DNA of 62,798 nt, counting the filler, from Rhabdomonas costata (taxonomy: Eukaryota): assembly GCA_019059605.1 (NCBI GenBank). It is 51 parts of 51 records of this genome, joined end to end, with 100 filler letters (N's around TTAATTAATTAA, not from the genome) between each part and the next. Parts side by side here need not be neighbours in the genome. Positions count along the whole stretch, not along the records: positions 11,105 to 12,238 come from JAHMHO010026924.1; positions 12,339 to 13,472 come from JAHMHO010026925.1; positions 13,573 to 14,706 come from JAHMHO010026926.1; positions 14,807 to 15,940 come from JAHMHO010026927.1; positions 16,041 to 17,173 come from JAHMHO010026928.1; positions 17,274 to 18,407 come from JAHMHO010026929.1; positions 18,508 to 19,641 come from JAHMHO010026930.1; positions 19,742 to 20,875 come from JAHMHO010026931.1; 43 more parts are not named here. The stretch is one strand, 5' to 3'. Positions 12,156-24,981 of this stretch are shown piece by piece. The position numbers and the translations under genes were made by a program. Each line of letters starts with the position of its first letter. Position 1 is the first letter of the stretch. The notes below the pieces were generated by a model. It ran no database searches, was not told the origin of the DNA, and saw only the letters and a list, made by a program, of their open reading frames with translations.

Positions 12156-13279
12156 CTGAGAAAGACAGCCACCACCCACCTCCCAGTGAATTCAACGAGA
12201 GACAGGCGGGCGGTGCACTGCGAGCCTTCCACAAAACANNNNNNNNNNNNNNNNNNNNNNNNNNNNNNNNNNNNNNNNNNNNTTAATTAATTAANNNNNN
12301 NNNNNNNNNNNNNNNNNNNNNNNNNNNNNNNNNNNNNNTGTTTTTTGTCCCCGGAAGGGCTTTGTGAAAGAAGGGATCAAAGACAACCAAAACGGGTAAC
12401 CACCAAAAGGGTGCACAGCGTACCACAAAGCACGAAGCCAATCAACGGCAAGCCAAGGATCAAAAAGGAGCAGCTTTGGCATTGAAATTCCCGTGCCGGT
12501 CCCACCATACCCCGGTGGGCCGGAATCCTTTGCCCCAAGTGCATTCCATACCTAGGGCACTTTGTGCCTGACTGGCTTGTTGCATCCCTTTTTCCTGCTT
12601 GCATTGTGCTCCTTGGCGGCCGCCTGGAATGAAGAGCGGCTTCATCCCTTTGGCGACGCTATGGGGGATTTTTTTCCGACACTCTGTCGAGGATTGGACC
12701 TATCAGCGGTCCGAATCCCTCGGTCTTGGTTTCCGGACTTCCGGGCGGAGCAGCCATCCCAGTAGCCGGTTACCAAGCCGGTTCGGGAAACAAGGTCTGG
12801 CACAGATCTGGAACACCACCGCCGACGTGAAAACGGAGCCAAACGCATGCCGCATGCCTCTTCACACACCTTGGGTTTTCCGACGCGCACAAACACATCA
12901 GTGACCGAAAACGGAAATTGCATAGGTACTGCTAGAACCCAACTTGCCGTATTTTGGCTTCATGGGTTCGTGTTTTTGCGGTCTGTGGCCGTTTCCGCTC
13001 CTACATTTTGATCCCGTCGCGGCCATTTATCCTTAGACTAAGATGGGATGTTACATGCGTGGAGTTGAGGCGGCGCATCAAACAAACCAGAACCAGTATA
13101 GTAGTGCGCTTTACTGCCACTTGTGTTCGCTGGTTTTACTGGCAATATAGCCTTGACATTCGGATTTAATTATATAGTCTTCCGCTGAATACTTTGGGCC
13201 AGCTTTTGTAAGTGACTTTGCAAGGCGTTTCGTTTGTGTTGTTCGACGCTATAACGTGAGAAGCAAAACTTCGGCAGGA

Positions 13280-13315
13280 TGCCGGAGATCCGGTGTGCCG
13301 GAGATCCGGTGTGCC
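13280..13315. repeat. 16-nt tandem duplication (TGCCGGAGATCCGGTG x2.25)
   Basis: Exact tandem copies, each with an internal CCGGA/TCCGG inverted pair. Confidence 0.9.
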
Positions 13316-13616
13316 AGAATCACAAAATCACAGCTGAAAACTCCTGTTCATAATGCCGATTCGATATTTGCTTCCCGCCCAAGTCAAAAGCATCACAAAA
13401 ACAAAAAGCCAATTCACATGACCTTGGTTGCAAGCGTTTTAGCCCAAAGCACTATTGACAAAAACCACACCCNNNNNNNNNNNNNNNNNNNNNNNNNNNN
13501 NNNNNNNNNNNNNNNNTTAATTAATTAANNNNNNNNNNNNNNNNNNNNNNNNNNNNNNNNNNNNNNNNNNNNTGTGTGGGGTTAATGGGGCGCCTGCCCG
13601 GAGCTGCCGGACGTAC

Positions 13617-14706
13617 GTATTGAAGAGCTGAGAGAGGGTCTCCAGCGGGGCAGCCGGAGCACAAGCTGCGGTGCCGGAGCTTGAGCAAGCCGGGGTATGG
13701 CTGGGGCTGCGCTCGCTGTGGAGGGCACTGGTCTGCCGCCCAGCGAGGCTGTACATCCACTCCTAAGCAAAGGTAGGTCCCGCTTTGGGTTTGTGGGGAA
13801 TGTGGAATGGGGTTGTAGACAAGTAATGGAGACTTTGCTGGAGAGGGTGTAAGTGTGGATAGCTTCTCCTCTTCAGTGCAAACCCATGGGCATAGTCATA
13901 GTATGCGGGTTGTAACCGTGATGGGGGGGGAGGCAAGACGGAGGCAACTTGAGGGGTGCAAAAGAATTGAACATAAATCCACTGAAGACACTGAGAGGGA
14001 GACGGCACCTGGTCTTTCATGGTACTGGGGAACTCTCGAGTGGGGCGGTACACCGGCAGCACCCCGGTCGACGCGTAACGCAGCACAGCAGCGGGGAGGC
14101 ACTGAATCTGACAGTCGACCTATCATACAAAAGCGAAAAATAGGGAGACTCAAACAACCGGAGGAAAAGGGTGAGGGGGGAGGGCTTTCCATGGGCAGGA
14201 AACGCGCAAATGGCGAGTATTCACACCTGCTTCGCGACGGCCTCGGTGATCAGCAGTGGTACCCCAAGTGCCTTGCACGCCACCTTCTGCACAGCAACCG
14301 CCTGACCCACGGCCTCCCCCACCACCACAAACCTCCTCACCACATCGCTGCCCAGGTTGCCAAAGCTCACCGGGGAGCTCGCGATGCCCACCCGAAGTCC
14401 CAGCACCGCAGAGACCTCGGCGTCGGCTGAAACGCTCTCCACGGTCGAGGGAGAGGTGGTGGGAGGGGTTGTAACGGCATAGAGAAGCACACGCTGCGAA
14501 ATTTCCTCCCGACAAGGCAAGGACTGCGCCGTACAGGGCGGATTGAATGGGGAAGGCGGTGGCGAGGCCCACTGCGCGAGCACCTCAAGCGCACACTTCA
14601 CCGCACGGTACTCTGCTCGCGTACACCGCCGAGGGACGTTGAAGAGGGCCAGCACGCGGTCTCCAAGGACTTTGTCCACGAGTCCGCGGTGAGCGGTGAC
14701 CTGCTC
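13617..14706 (-). CDS. Class III adenylate/guanylate cyclase domain, exons 14706-14227, 14119-14009, 13762-~13617
   Basis: GLVDKVLGDRVLALFN, AVKCAL, LRVGIASSPVSFGNLGS, FVVVGEAV, LLITEAV, then in-frame spliced VDCQIQCLP...KDQ|EWMYSL. Confidence 0.85.
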
Positions 14707-15132
14707 NNNNNNNNNNNNNNNNNNNNNNNNNNNNNNNNNNNNNNNNNNNNTTAATTAATTAANNNNNNNNNNNNNNNNNNNNNNNNNNNNNNNNNNNNNN
14801 NNNNNNCCCCTATCCCCCCGAAAAGTCAGTGTTGAGATAAAGATGCAGAATTTTTTTTGCCATTTTTAAAAAACCTAATATGTATTCTTTCATGTACTGT
14901 CCTGTAAATTCCTATCATATTGCAACAAAAACAGTCTCATCCTTCTCTTGATAGACAGTTGGGTGAGATGACACCCCGGACGAGGGTCACCATCTCTCTT
15001 GCACATTTCTGTGACCTACGGATGACGCTCAACGCTCTGGCGCCTGGGGACAAGGTTTGGTTTTCCCAAATCTCCTCTTTTGCCAACCCTTAAGTGTTCA
15101 TTTTTTAGCAGCCTCCTCGTTGGGGGCCAAAC

Positions 15133-15783
15133 CTCGTAGGCGCCATACTCCCCAGAGGGGAGGATCCAGCAGTTGGTCTGCCCAAACATCGTCTCGGGCC
15201 GCAGCGTGGCGGCCAGCAGGACAACCTTGCGCCCACCCAGCACCCCGGAGTGCGGGGCGAAGCACGGCTGCTCCAAAGGCCGCTGTACGGCCAGCTTAAT
15301 CAGGGTGTACTCCTGAAAGGCAAGGAAGTGTCGCAAAAAGTTGACCTGCTAGCCCCCCCCCCCCGAAAAACCTCTACTAAGGCCCGTCATTCGTCGCCCG
15401 GCGCCTTTCCCCAAAAAGAGTATCCAGGTCTGTTGAACTGCATTTTCATAATTTCATATTAGCAGGACCCTAAGATCCCCAAGTCAAAGAAGAATACAGC
15501 AGGTGTACATGGGTATAAAGGCGCTGTGCATCTGCAAGGGTGTAAGTGGGCGGCAGGCCTGGGGCTGCACGCCCTCTCCGCTGGAGCGGTCGTGGTCCTG
15601 GCAGGGCTGCCCGTCAGCCGGGCTGTAGATGGTGAAGCGCTTGCCAAACTCCAGCAGGTCCGCCGCACGGAGCTTCCGGAACTGCCAACGAATGAAGCTG
15701 TCGTAGAATGGGTTGACCTCCGTGGTCACGAAGGACCGCCGGTAGTCCACCCTGGCGCCAAAGATTCTCAGGCCTTGGAGGAC
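15133..15783 (-). CDS. LARS1: Cytosolic leucyl-tRNA synthetase, exons 15783-15559 and 15312-15133
   Basis: [24 protein letters not shown]...[30 protein letters not shown]...[16 protein letters not shown]. Confidence 0.97.
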
Positions 15784-16139
15784 CTGAGAATCAAAGGCAA
15801 AAGATTTCCCAACCAATAAAACAAAGCAGAGAAGATCTCTACTGTTCAGTGTGTGCAGTAGAAATAATCCGTGCGTCCAACGCTGGTGTTGCAAACTTGA
15901 AATGCGGGGAAAATTGCCCATTGCCTCTACACCCCCCCACNNNNNNNNNNNNNNNNNNNNNNNNNNNNNNNNNNNNNNNNNNNNTTAATTAATTAANNNN
16001 NNNNNNNNNNNNNNNNNNNNNNNNNNNNNNNNNNNNNNNNCTAAGTCATCTTTGTACGCTGCAACGGTGTATGAGCGTCTGGCCCAAGCGCTGTAGCGGG
16101 AGGGGGTAACAAGCGATTGCAGTCCCCTTGAGGGATTAC

Positions 16140-17173
16140 CTCTCATGCAGCAGTCAGTTTCTGTGCAGGGACCCGACAGGCACAGCTTGCTGACATTGCG
16201 GTACAGGAGGGGCTCAGGGCACCCCTCGAAGAAGAAGGCACACGACTGGGCTAACAGAAATGAAGCGGTAAAAGAAACCAGGAAACGAAAAACAGCTCTT
16301 CAAAGCCAATGTCCAGAAGTCTAAAAAGGAACGGTAAATAGTGCTCAAGGCGTGCAAGGCTCAAGGACAGCCCTGCACGCCTGCCAAATAGATTACTCTT
16401 GCGACGTCTTTCTGCCTTTTCGCTGCTGTGCTCATCCTCCCTCCCTCTCCTCTCTCCCCCCTCCCGCTCCACTCTCATTCTCTGCTCTTCTAGAACTGTT
16501 TTTGTCTTTTGCGTGACCTTTCTTGTGTTGCTTCATGCAAAAGGGGTTGCACTGGCTGATACCCAATGCCCTATGCCGCTGCGTTTTCTATCGCAGCGCC
16601 ATTCTCCATAAAACACATAAAATGTGAGAATACACAGCACAGTGCCCCTTGGCGGTAGGCAAAACGGCAGGCAAAAAGAGCATGGGCATGACTCGAGAAT
16701 TTATGCAAAAGATGAAACCGCCGAACTAATGCCGAAGCCTACCGAACCAGCGGACACACACTCCCTGCCTTGAAGTCCTTCACAGCTTTGTAGCAGCCGA
16801 TGTAAGGGTTTGTAGCGGGAGTAAGAAGTGGTAGTCAACACTATTGTAATAAAGTTCGAAAGGAGATCTAGGCCAAGTCTGAATGCCAATGCAAAAGGGA
16901 AGGGCGTTCCGCCAAACGTAACCGCAGCAACCACGTACGCACCTGAACATATCATCCGCACTGCAGGGTCAGCTGTAAGCTCCGAGTTCTGCCGCACCAT
17001 CCAAGGCCCGGTGAGCTGCTCAGGTGTGTCCACATCCTGGGCATTGTTGGCGTCGACGAGGTCGGTGGAGTTTCGGCTTTGGCTAATGGCCCACCCCAGA
17101 ATGGGATCGTACCATAGCTCGCGGGTGTAACTCCGGCCCGCAAGACTGGTGTAGTAGGGCCGGCCCACAAAAA
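16140..17173 (-). CDS. Extracellular Cys-rich repeat protein, exons 17173-16943 and 16250-16140
   Basis: GRPYY...LWYDPILGWAI...GPWMV...ADPAVRMICS joined in phase 1 to AQSCAFFFEGCPEPLLYRNVSKLCLSGPCTETDCCMR. Confidence 0.7.
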
Positions 17174-19009
17174 NNNNNNNNNNNNNNNNNNNNNNNNNNN
17201 NNNNNNNNNNNNNNNNNTTAATTAATTAANNNNNNNNNNNNNNNNNNNNNNNNNNNNNNNNNNNNNNNNNNNNTTGTTTTCTGCGAGCTGTACAATTGAG
17301 GACAACGCAATGGCTGTCCCCGCGGCAGGAGCCAAGGCTGCAAGGGAGACCGGAACAGCCACAGCAGAATCCAACCACAGAAACGGCTTCCCATTCTTCG
17401 TGCAGAAACCGCAATAAACCAAAGCAGTCACCACTCAACTTTCAATCACACAACATGAGGAAAGGCAGGCGCGGGTTCGGAACGCCCCCCGCATTTGCTG
17501 GTTCAATCTATCCCACACTGCCCCACAGCCAACAGGCAAACCGAATCACAGTGAATTATTTTAATTTTCTGCAGCTTGAGTTTGAGACGCCAGTTCGCTG
17601 ATCGGTTGTCGGTGGATCAACATAGGAGGGTGTTGATGCCAACCTGTGGAGTGTCCCGGGGAAAGAAAGTGCCGTGCACCCGCGCTGCGCGAGCGTAGTC
17701 TTTTCATGACGGGGGGCGATCGAGAACCCTCTAGGCCGGGCCCTCCCGACAGCAGCAACCCTGCCATTGGGGAGCATCTCCGCGGGGACGTCAGAGCATC
17801 CGGAAAACGCCTTGAGATTGAGACTAGGCCGAAGATTTCAAACCAATGCAGCTAACCGATTTCTCTCGGGTAAACCCCATGGCCTATTGGACTGAAGAGC
17901 ACACGCGAAAGACTGAACGTCTATCAATGTACTCCAAGTTGGTGGCTCTTTTTTTTTTGGCTCATTTATTAAGAAAGGGCAGCAAAAGGCGCAGAAGGCG
18001 TAGCAAGGAACCGGAGGTGTTGTTGAAATTTCTTGGGTAAATGGCTGAAATTCGGCATGAATGGCACTTGCGGAAACCCTACCATATACCTCTTCCCCGA
18101 AAATCCTACCACAGGTATGAAATAATATTCCAGTAACCTCCGAAACCCGCGGCGGGGTCCCAAGCCCAGGAAAGACAGCGGCTGGTCCCCCGAACCCCCC
18201 GCACACTCCCTCATCCCCTCCTGCGGAGGAGTTCTCTGCTCTTGCTCCTGTTGGTGCTGCACATGCTCCTGTGGTGGAAGCTGTTGGCGCGGGGAGAGAG
18301 CTCCTTGCGAGGTGGTGGTAGTGGTGCCCGAGTCAGGCTCAGGCTCACCTGCCATAGAGGCGCGGACGGGCGAGGTAGACAGCGAGAACACCGGGGGCGG
18401 GGAGGACNNNNNNNNNNNNNNNNNNNNNNNNNNNNNNNNNNNNNNNNNNNNTTAATTAATTAANNNNNNNNNNNNNNNNNNNNNNNNNNNNNNNNNNNNN
18501 NNNNNNNGTTTTGGAGTCCTGCCAAATATTTTCATACCGCCACCCACCAACCCACGAGTACCAGTTTAGGCCGATCTTGGATTCTTCAGACGAAATGACA
18601 TGCAGACAGTGCCGATTTGAAAACGAGGACAAAACATGAGAAATAGCATCCCAATAAATTTCAAAAATTACCGCCAAACTGGCGAAGATGCCGAAACAGT
18701 CACTCATCGGCAATGGGACGTATTCAGTGATACAAAACGGGAAGTGCTTCACGTGTCCGACCCCAAAAGGAAAGGCTCAGGAAGTCTCATGAAGGCTTCC
18801 AAGACGAATAGAGCGAACGCGAGCCCCGTTGCAAAGGGGCAGCACAATACAGACTGTTATCCACAGTGAAGTTGACATGTGGGAAACGGAAAGAAGAGTG
18901 GACGGGAGAGGAAGGGAGAGAACAACGGGTGATCGGACCCACCCCACTCGTGCCCTTAATGCTGACGAGCATACAGGGCCGCAGTGAGACTCAACTGCCA
19001 CCGCCTAAC

Positions 19010-19325
19010 CTTTCAAACAAAGAGGACTGAGCGCGCAAACTATCGACAAGGAGGAGAGGATTTTCCTCTCCGAGGGCAGCGAAAGGGGCACGTAAATTAC
19101 AAGTGCAGCCGAAAAGACGGAAGCAAGGGTGGTCCACCTGAAAGGGGTTCGGAAAAGTAATAAAAATGTCCATACGTGACGAAAAACCACCAGGGGAGAC
19201 ACCAGGGGTTCCAAATCCATAAATTAACGGCTGAGACAGGCCTCCGCGGTGGGGGGTTGGGAGGTCCTCACCGTGCCCACGGCCCGCGCCAGGGCCTCCA
19301 TTGTCACTCGCACCCCGGACGGCAC
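19010..19325 (-). CDS. Hypothetical protein, exons 19325-19272 and 19137-19010
   Basis: CAG/GTGAGG and CAG/GTTAGG bounded exons join in frame: VPSGVRVTMEALARAVGT|VDHPCFRLFGCTCNLR... Confidence 0.45.
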
Positions 19326-19420
19326 CTGCGTCGGTACGTATTTTGGGGAAATCGCATGTGGGTAGAATTTTGTTTGTACAGCAGCCAAAAAAGAAAGTAG
19401 CTATTCCAAAATCGGAACCC

Positions 19421-19460
19421 CAATTCCAATTCCAATTCCAATTCCAATTCCAATTTCAAT
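19421..19460. repeat. (CAATTC)n hexamer microsatellite
   Basis: About 6.5 tandem copies. Confidence 0.9.
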
Positions 19461-20340
19461 CGAGACGGAAGGGGCGCAGCTTGAACACTGAGAAACGAAG
19501 AGTAGTGCGGAGAAGTCGGAATTCACTGCGCAATCAGAGCAATTTTGTGTGGGAGGAATGTGCGTGCATATGTGCGTGAGAAGGCCATGGAAATCAAATT
19601 TGGACAGAACTCTTTCGAGGGAACACATCACTGTCACTGCGNNNNNNNNNNNNNNNNNNNNNNNNNNNNNNNNNNNNNNNNNNNNTTAATTAATTAANNN
19701 NNNNNNNNNNNNNNNNNNNNNNNNNNNNNNNNNNNNNNNNNGGGGTGGGGTGAACTCGGCAAAATGCGGCAAAGTGTTGTTTGATTGTGCAGGGGTGGAG
19801 GGTGGGACTTGGATTATGTTAAATAAAAGATGGACCGGGCACAGAGCGAGTTTGTCGTTCCTGTGTTTTGTTTTTGCGGCCTTTCATTGGCCGCGTAGAT
19901 TTATATGCACTGAGCCGTTACTGCTGTTATTGCCGAAGTTCAAGCAAGGATTCAAAGATTTTACGTTTTGCAAACGCCGTCACAGTGCTCGCTTAAAGGG
20001 CAACTTGGTTCATGTCTTATTTTTTCATCCCTATTTCTGTCATTTGGAAGTGATGCTAGTGCATCCCTTTTGACCACCCTCCTAGAAAGTTCATTGGGGT
20101 CGCATTCTATTTTTCTATTTTTTTTTTTGGAGTTGTTAAATGTGTTGGCAAGCTGGCGCACTTACTCCGCAGGCGCGCTTACCTGCTCCCGCACGTAAGC
20201 ATGCCAGCAATTCCTTGTCTTTTTGCCATGCGAAAAGTACGCTGAAAGATGCTGAAAGGGAGAAGATGGGAGAATTGTTGAATCAGCCTTTGACCTTTTA
20301 TTCTTTTTGTTGGGCATGCGCGGTCCGGGGGGGGGGTCAG

Positions 20341-20518
20341 CGTACTCGCTTCCTGCGATTGCCGAAGAGGGCCGCACGGCGTCCTCCCAGAGCGGGCTGC
20401 AGGTGGCCTTCATTGGCATCACCCTGGCGATCGGCCTGATCGGGGGACTCTTGACCGGCAGGCTGGTCAAGGGCAGGGGGCTGGGGCTGGAGACGATGTT
20501 CGTGGACAGCGAGGGCTG
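20341..20518 (+). CDS. Rh-type (Rh50) ammonium transporter, last transmembrane exon
   Basis: GRTASSQSGLQVAFIGITLAIGLIGGLLTG...MFVDSEGW fits the Rh C-terminal pattern R-x-A-x2-Q-x3-Q...TL...G-x3-G...F-x-D-x3-W. CAG/GT borders. Confidence 0.8.
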
Positions 20519-21235
20519 GTACTGCCAAAAAAAAACACCTACCCCTACGCTTCTTCCCGCGCCCGCCCGCACGTATTCCCACACATGCATAACCAGTGGT
20601 AGGAGCACCAGGGAGCTTCACGTTAACTTTGCAGTGGGGATCCGGGAAACGTTGCAATGTGCCACTGTTGTGACCATTCTTAATGTCGCCAAAAATGTGC
20701 TCTGGTTCCCGGAGGTTTTTAGTTGAGTTCTTTGGTTGTTGTTTCGCACATCATGCCGCGGTCGGGTTCGTCTATCCGGGTGTCCCATAATTGGCCACCA
20801 CCCCTTTTGCCTGGCTGTTTTTGTGCCCCGTCCTTTGCGAGCTGAGCACGCGGACCCCCCCCCCCCCCCCCCCCCNNNNNNNNNNNNNNNNNNNNNNNNN
20901 NNNNNNNNNNNNNNNNNNNTTAATTAATTAANNNNNNNNNNNNNNNNNNNNNNNNNNNNNNNNNNNNNNNNNNNNGTTGTGTGTGCCATCTCTTCGCCTC
21001 TTTTCCCCAGGGCATGCGCTGAATCGGAATGGGCAAAACGTCCATGCCCGCTACACCGCGGGTAGGCACACGGATGGTCTGTCCTGACCGGTTCAGCTCC
21101 GTCGTTATCTGGATGGAGATTTTAAACTCGTCGTGGAGGGTTCAAAATGATAAGTTAGAGTCGACCATTTCCTTCCGTGAGCTTCCCGCGAATTGGCTCC
21201 TTCCCTTTTCTGGGTGGGTGGGTTCCGGTTCTCAG

Positions 21236-21403
21236 GTTCATGTTGCCTCGGAGCCAGACCTGTTTGCGCACATTGACGTCTACCAGGACCTGAGAGGGGA
21301 GCTCGCCGTGTACGCGGTGCAGAAGGGACGCTCGCTCTCCGAGCCGATCCACTTCGGAGAACCTGAGCCAAAGCAGACGATTCAGACTCAGGCGGAGAAC
21401 TAA
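21236..21403 (+). CDS. Hypothetical protein, terminal exon
   Basis: CAG acceptor, GC-rich codons VHVASEPDLFAHIDVYQDLRGELAVYAVQKG... ending in TAA. Confidence 0.5.
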   Translation, partial: VHVASEPDLFAHIDVYQDLRGELAVYAVQKGRSLSEPIHFGEPEPKQTIQTQAEN

Positions 21404-22625
21404 ATGAGGGGGAAAGTTACCCCAAAACCACCTTTACCTTGGGCAGTCCCAACAGTTTCTTCCTCTTCTTTCTTCTCTGTTTTTTTACTCTCCGCTGCCT
21501 TCACTTGCTCCCTTAAACTTTCAGCCAACCCTCCTCTGTCCTGAGGATTCAGGTCTGAAATGGGGGTGCATGTGTGCTCCCAAACTCCTGGGAAGTGCAA
21601 AACACACCTTCTCTGATTATATGTCGGGAAAAGGGGTGCAGCAAAGGGAGGGGAGTGAGGTTAGGTGTGTGTGTGGGGGTGGTGGGGGGTGCGTATTGCA
21701 GAGGCGTACCGACCATCATTGCTGTGCTTGGAATGTGAGCTCAAGGTTCAAGGTTTTTAGAACAAGGGCCGTCAGAATGATACGGTCACCGATAAATGGA
21801 AATGCAGCAAAGGGTGATTTGCACGTGGCATTTGTGTCCCAGTGCATTCTCTGTTCCTCGGTAATCATTGCTTAATTTTTTTAGCCCTGAATGACGCGGA
21901 AGTATCGACAGTATTGGTTTCTTGCGGTGAGGGGTAAAGTATCGTATTGCTTTCGTGTAGTGGGGTTCTAGCTAACAAACCCAGTATTCCGAGTTCGGCA
22001 TCTGGGGTTTTAAAGGGCAACGGGTCCCATTCAGGCGGTTGGTCAGTTGCTACTCACTGGAGCCAACTCACTAGGAGCTTAAGACCCAACTCACTGCGAA
22101 TTTCGACAAANNNNNNNNNNNNNNNNNNNNNNNNNNNNNNNNNNNNNNNNNNNNTTAATTAATTAANNNNNNNNNNNNNNNNNNNNNNNNNNNNNNNNNN
22201 NNNNNNNNNNGTGTGTGGTGGTGTGCATGGAGTTGGTGTTGGTGTTGGAGGGTGCGTGGATGTTGGAGCTATGGTGGTGGAGAATGGTTGTGGAGATGGT
22301 GCAATGGGTGGAGTGGGGTGGATGGTGGTGCTGTTGGTCGTGACTTTGGCATGGTTCTGGTGTGTATGTCAACTTTTCCTCTAATGGTGGACATGAAACC
22401 ACACGATGTGGTAGTGGGTAGGTGATCCAAGGTTGATTTGTAACTGGGCCGCCAACCCACCACTCAACCCACACAGATGAAAGTTGGTGAGGTGATGTGG
22501 TAATCAGTAGTGCTGGTGCATTGCCCACCCTACTCAAGCAAGCTACATAGCCCGAGTCATGCTTTCACTGTATGTGGTTGAGGTGTCATAGTGACCGGTA
22601 GTGGAAGCTGTGCATTCATGGTTGA

Positions 22626-23344
22626 ATGGACACAGTAGGAACGGAGGCAGAACCAGCATCAGCAACAGGGACCGTAGAAACAGAGACCGTAACAGCAAGC
22701 ACCAGGAACATCCACACCGCTAGCCCCAACATCACACCCTACGCACCAACCTACCAACACTACAGAAGGAACAGAGACAGGAACAGAGACAGAGTGAGCA
22801 TGGTTACAGTGAGCATGGTTACGAAGCATGAGAGCATGGTAGCAGTGAGCATGGTAGCAGAGAGCATGGTAGAGACAGAGAGCGAAGGACACACAGAAGC
22901 ACCAACAGGAAGCACGACAGAAGCAGAGACACCAACACCAGCCAACCACCCAACGCTAGAACCAACGCAAGCACCAACATTCAACGCACCAGCAGCACCA
23001 ACATCCAACGTACCAACATCCAACGCACCAGCTCCAACCACACCACAAACCCCTACAGCATCAGCACCAACGACTCCACGACACGCTACGACAACAGCCC
23101 CTAACCCTACAGCACCAACAACACCTACCCTACAGACTACGCTACACACAACGCCACAGACTACACCTACTACACCTACACCTACCATAATAAGAGGAAG
23201 AACACACGCACACGTAAGGAATCCAGCCGCCAATACCCACACCATGCAGAAGCTCACCACTCACCCTACGACACCAACGCACACCGTAACACAAACCAGT
23301 ACCCAACACGTAGTCAATCCCACACCCAACACCGCAAGAAGCAC
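22626..23344 (+). CDS. Possible Thr/Pro-rich mucin-like ORF (may be non-coding low-complexity DNA)
   Basis: ~240 open codons with APT/PTTP motifs and ~15-nt GAGCATGGT repeats. The A/C skew alone suppresses stops, so support is weak. Confidence 0.3.
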
Positions 23345-24981
23345 NNNNNNNNNNNNNNNNNNNNNNNNNNNNNNNNNNNNNNNNNNNNTTAATTAATTAA
23401 NNNNNNNNNNNNNNNNNNNNNNNNNNNNNNNNNNNNNNNNNNNNTAGGCTGTCTGCAACCCACCACCCCACCTCATCTCGCTTCAGAGAGTGTAACTGAG
23501 GGCGAAAGGGGTCAGCGGAGCACCTGACTGATCTCACGCGTTATTGAAGTGACTGGCACCCTGTCACAGGAAGAGTATTAACCCTAACGCAGTGAGTGAC
23601 GACAAGCAAATAACTCTCGGGGGCCCCACGCCCACCCATCACTACCATCACATCCACGCATCAAGAGGTATCAACGCATCATCATGCGTGGGGCCCTTCC
23701 ACCACCTTAGTCACGTAGCATGGCCGTAGGTCATGCGTAGTAGGAGTAGAGGGTGACGACTGAATCGGCACTGTCCCTGCGGAGCCTTTACGCTTTACGT
23801 CTCAACATCAACACTCTCACAGTACGTAGCGATGTCACGAAGGGGCATCGCAGAGTAGGACATGCACCTGCGGTAGAAATGCACCCTCTGTCAACATGCA
23901 TCTTACATTCAGCTTGTCATCGCGCATCTGTCTCTGCGAGGCCCTTACGCTCTCACTCTTACATCAGGTTAGCGTGACATCAGCGTAGGGTATGCACTCA
24001 CTCTCTCAGTCCCCCTTCGGCATGCGTCTCTGGGGGTCAGGGTGGTGATGTCAGTGGTGGAGGTGGCATTCCTCACCCTCGGCATCAACCATGCCCTATT
24101 GCTCCTCCTGGCACCGCATGACAACAAGGTGGGTAGCGACCATGACACCCTCCTTCCTTCTACGTGATGGATTGACGTGGTTGTTACGCCACTACCACCA
24201 TGTAGGGGTTGGGAGTACCATGGCTGGTACAGACCCTGCCTCATGACATCACCGTGGGTTGGAGTGGTGGTTCAGGTGGTAGGAGTGGTATCCCGTAGGC
24301 CATGTCCACAACAACCACTAGGTACCTACATCTAGGGTAACTGAGCCCCTAGGTTGGGCATACACACATAGCAACTATGGTGTGTGTCAACTGGAACGTA
24401 GGGCCATGTGACGTGTGTCCAACCTGTGGGGTACGTCAACGGCTCACCCTACGCCATGGCAGCCGCAGCTCAGCACGTACAGTTGACCAACCTGTGGCGT
24501 TCCTGCACAACCTTGCCTTGACTGTTACTAGCATACTCCATCGTTGCCAACGTCATCACGTGGGGGGGCATCTGGATTNNNNNNNNNNNNNNNNNNNNNN
24601 NNNNNNNNNNNNNNNNNNNNNNTTAATTAATTAANNNNNNNNNNNNNNNNNNNNNNNNNNNNNNNNNNNNNNNNNNNNTGAGAGTTGGAGGACGAGCATC
24701 CTGCAGTTTTCAGCGAGACTATTCGTCACATCAGCGAGAACTTCCAGGACACACAAACAAAGGACGGTCGCTGGGGCACAGAGACAGGTGAACTTGCGGC
24801 TGTTAGTCCGGCGTTCTCAGAAGGGATGCAGCCAGTCACCGCACACGTCATGGCAGTCAGTGGAAGGTGGGTGCATGTTGCATGACGTATTTATTCATGA
24901 GTATTCATATTCATTTGAGTGTGAAAATGTAGCTCCCGTTTGTAGAGTAGTCGCAACCAGGGCAACAACTCAAACCTGTAG

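Noticed and set aside
12691-12790. Second twister-like element (CCGGTTACCAAGCCGG) among hairpins
   Set aside because: The loop resembles twister L4, but no GA plus complementary pseudoknot strand or NAA-P2 arrangement was found; only simple hairpins.
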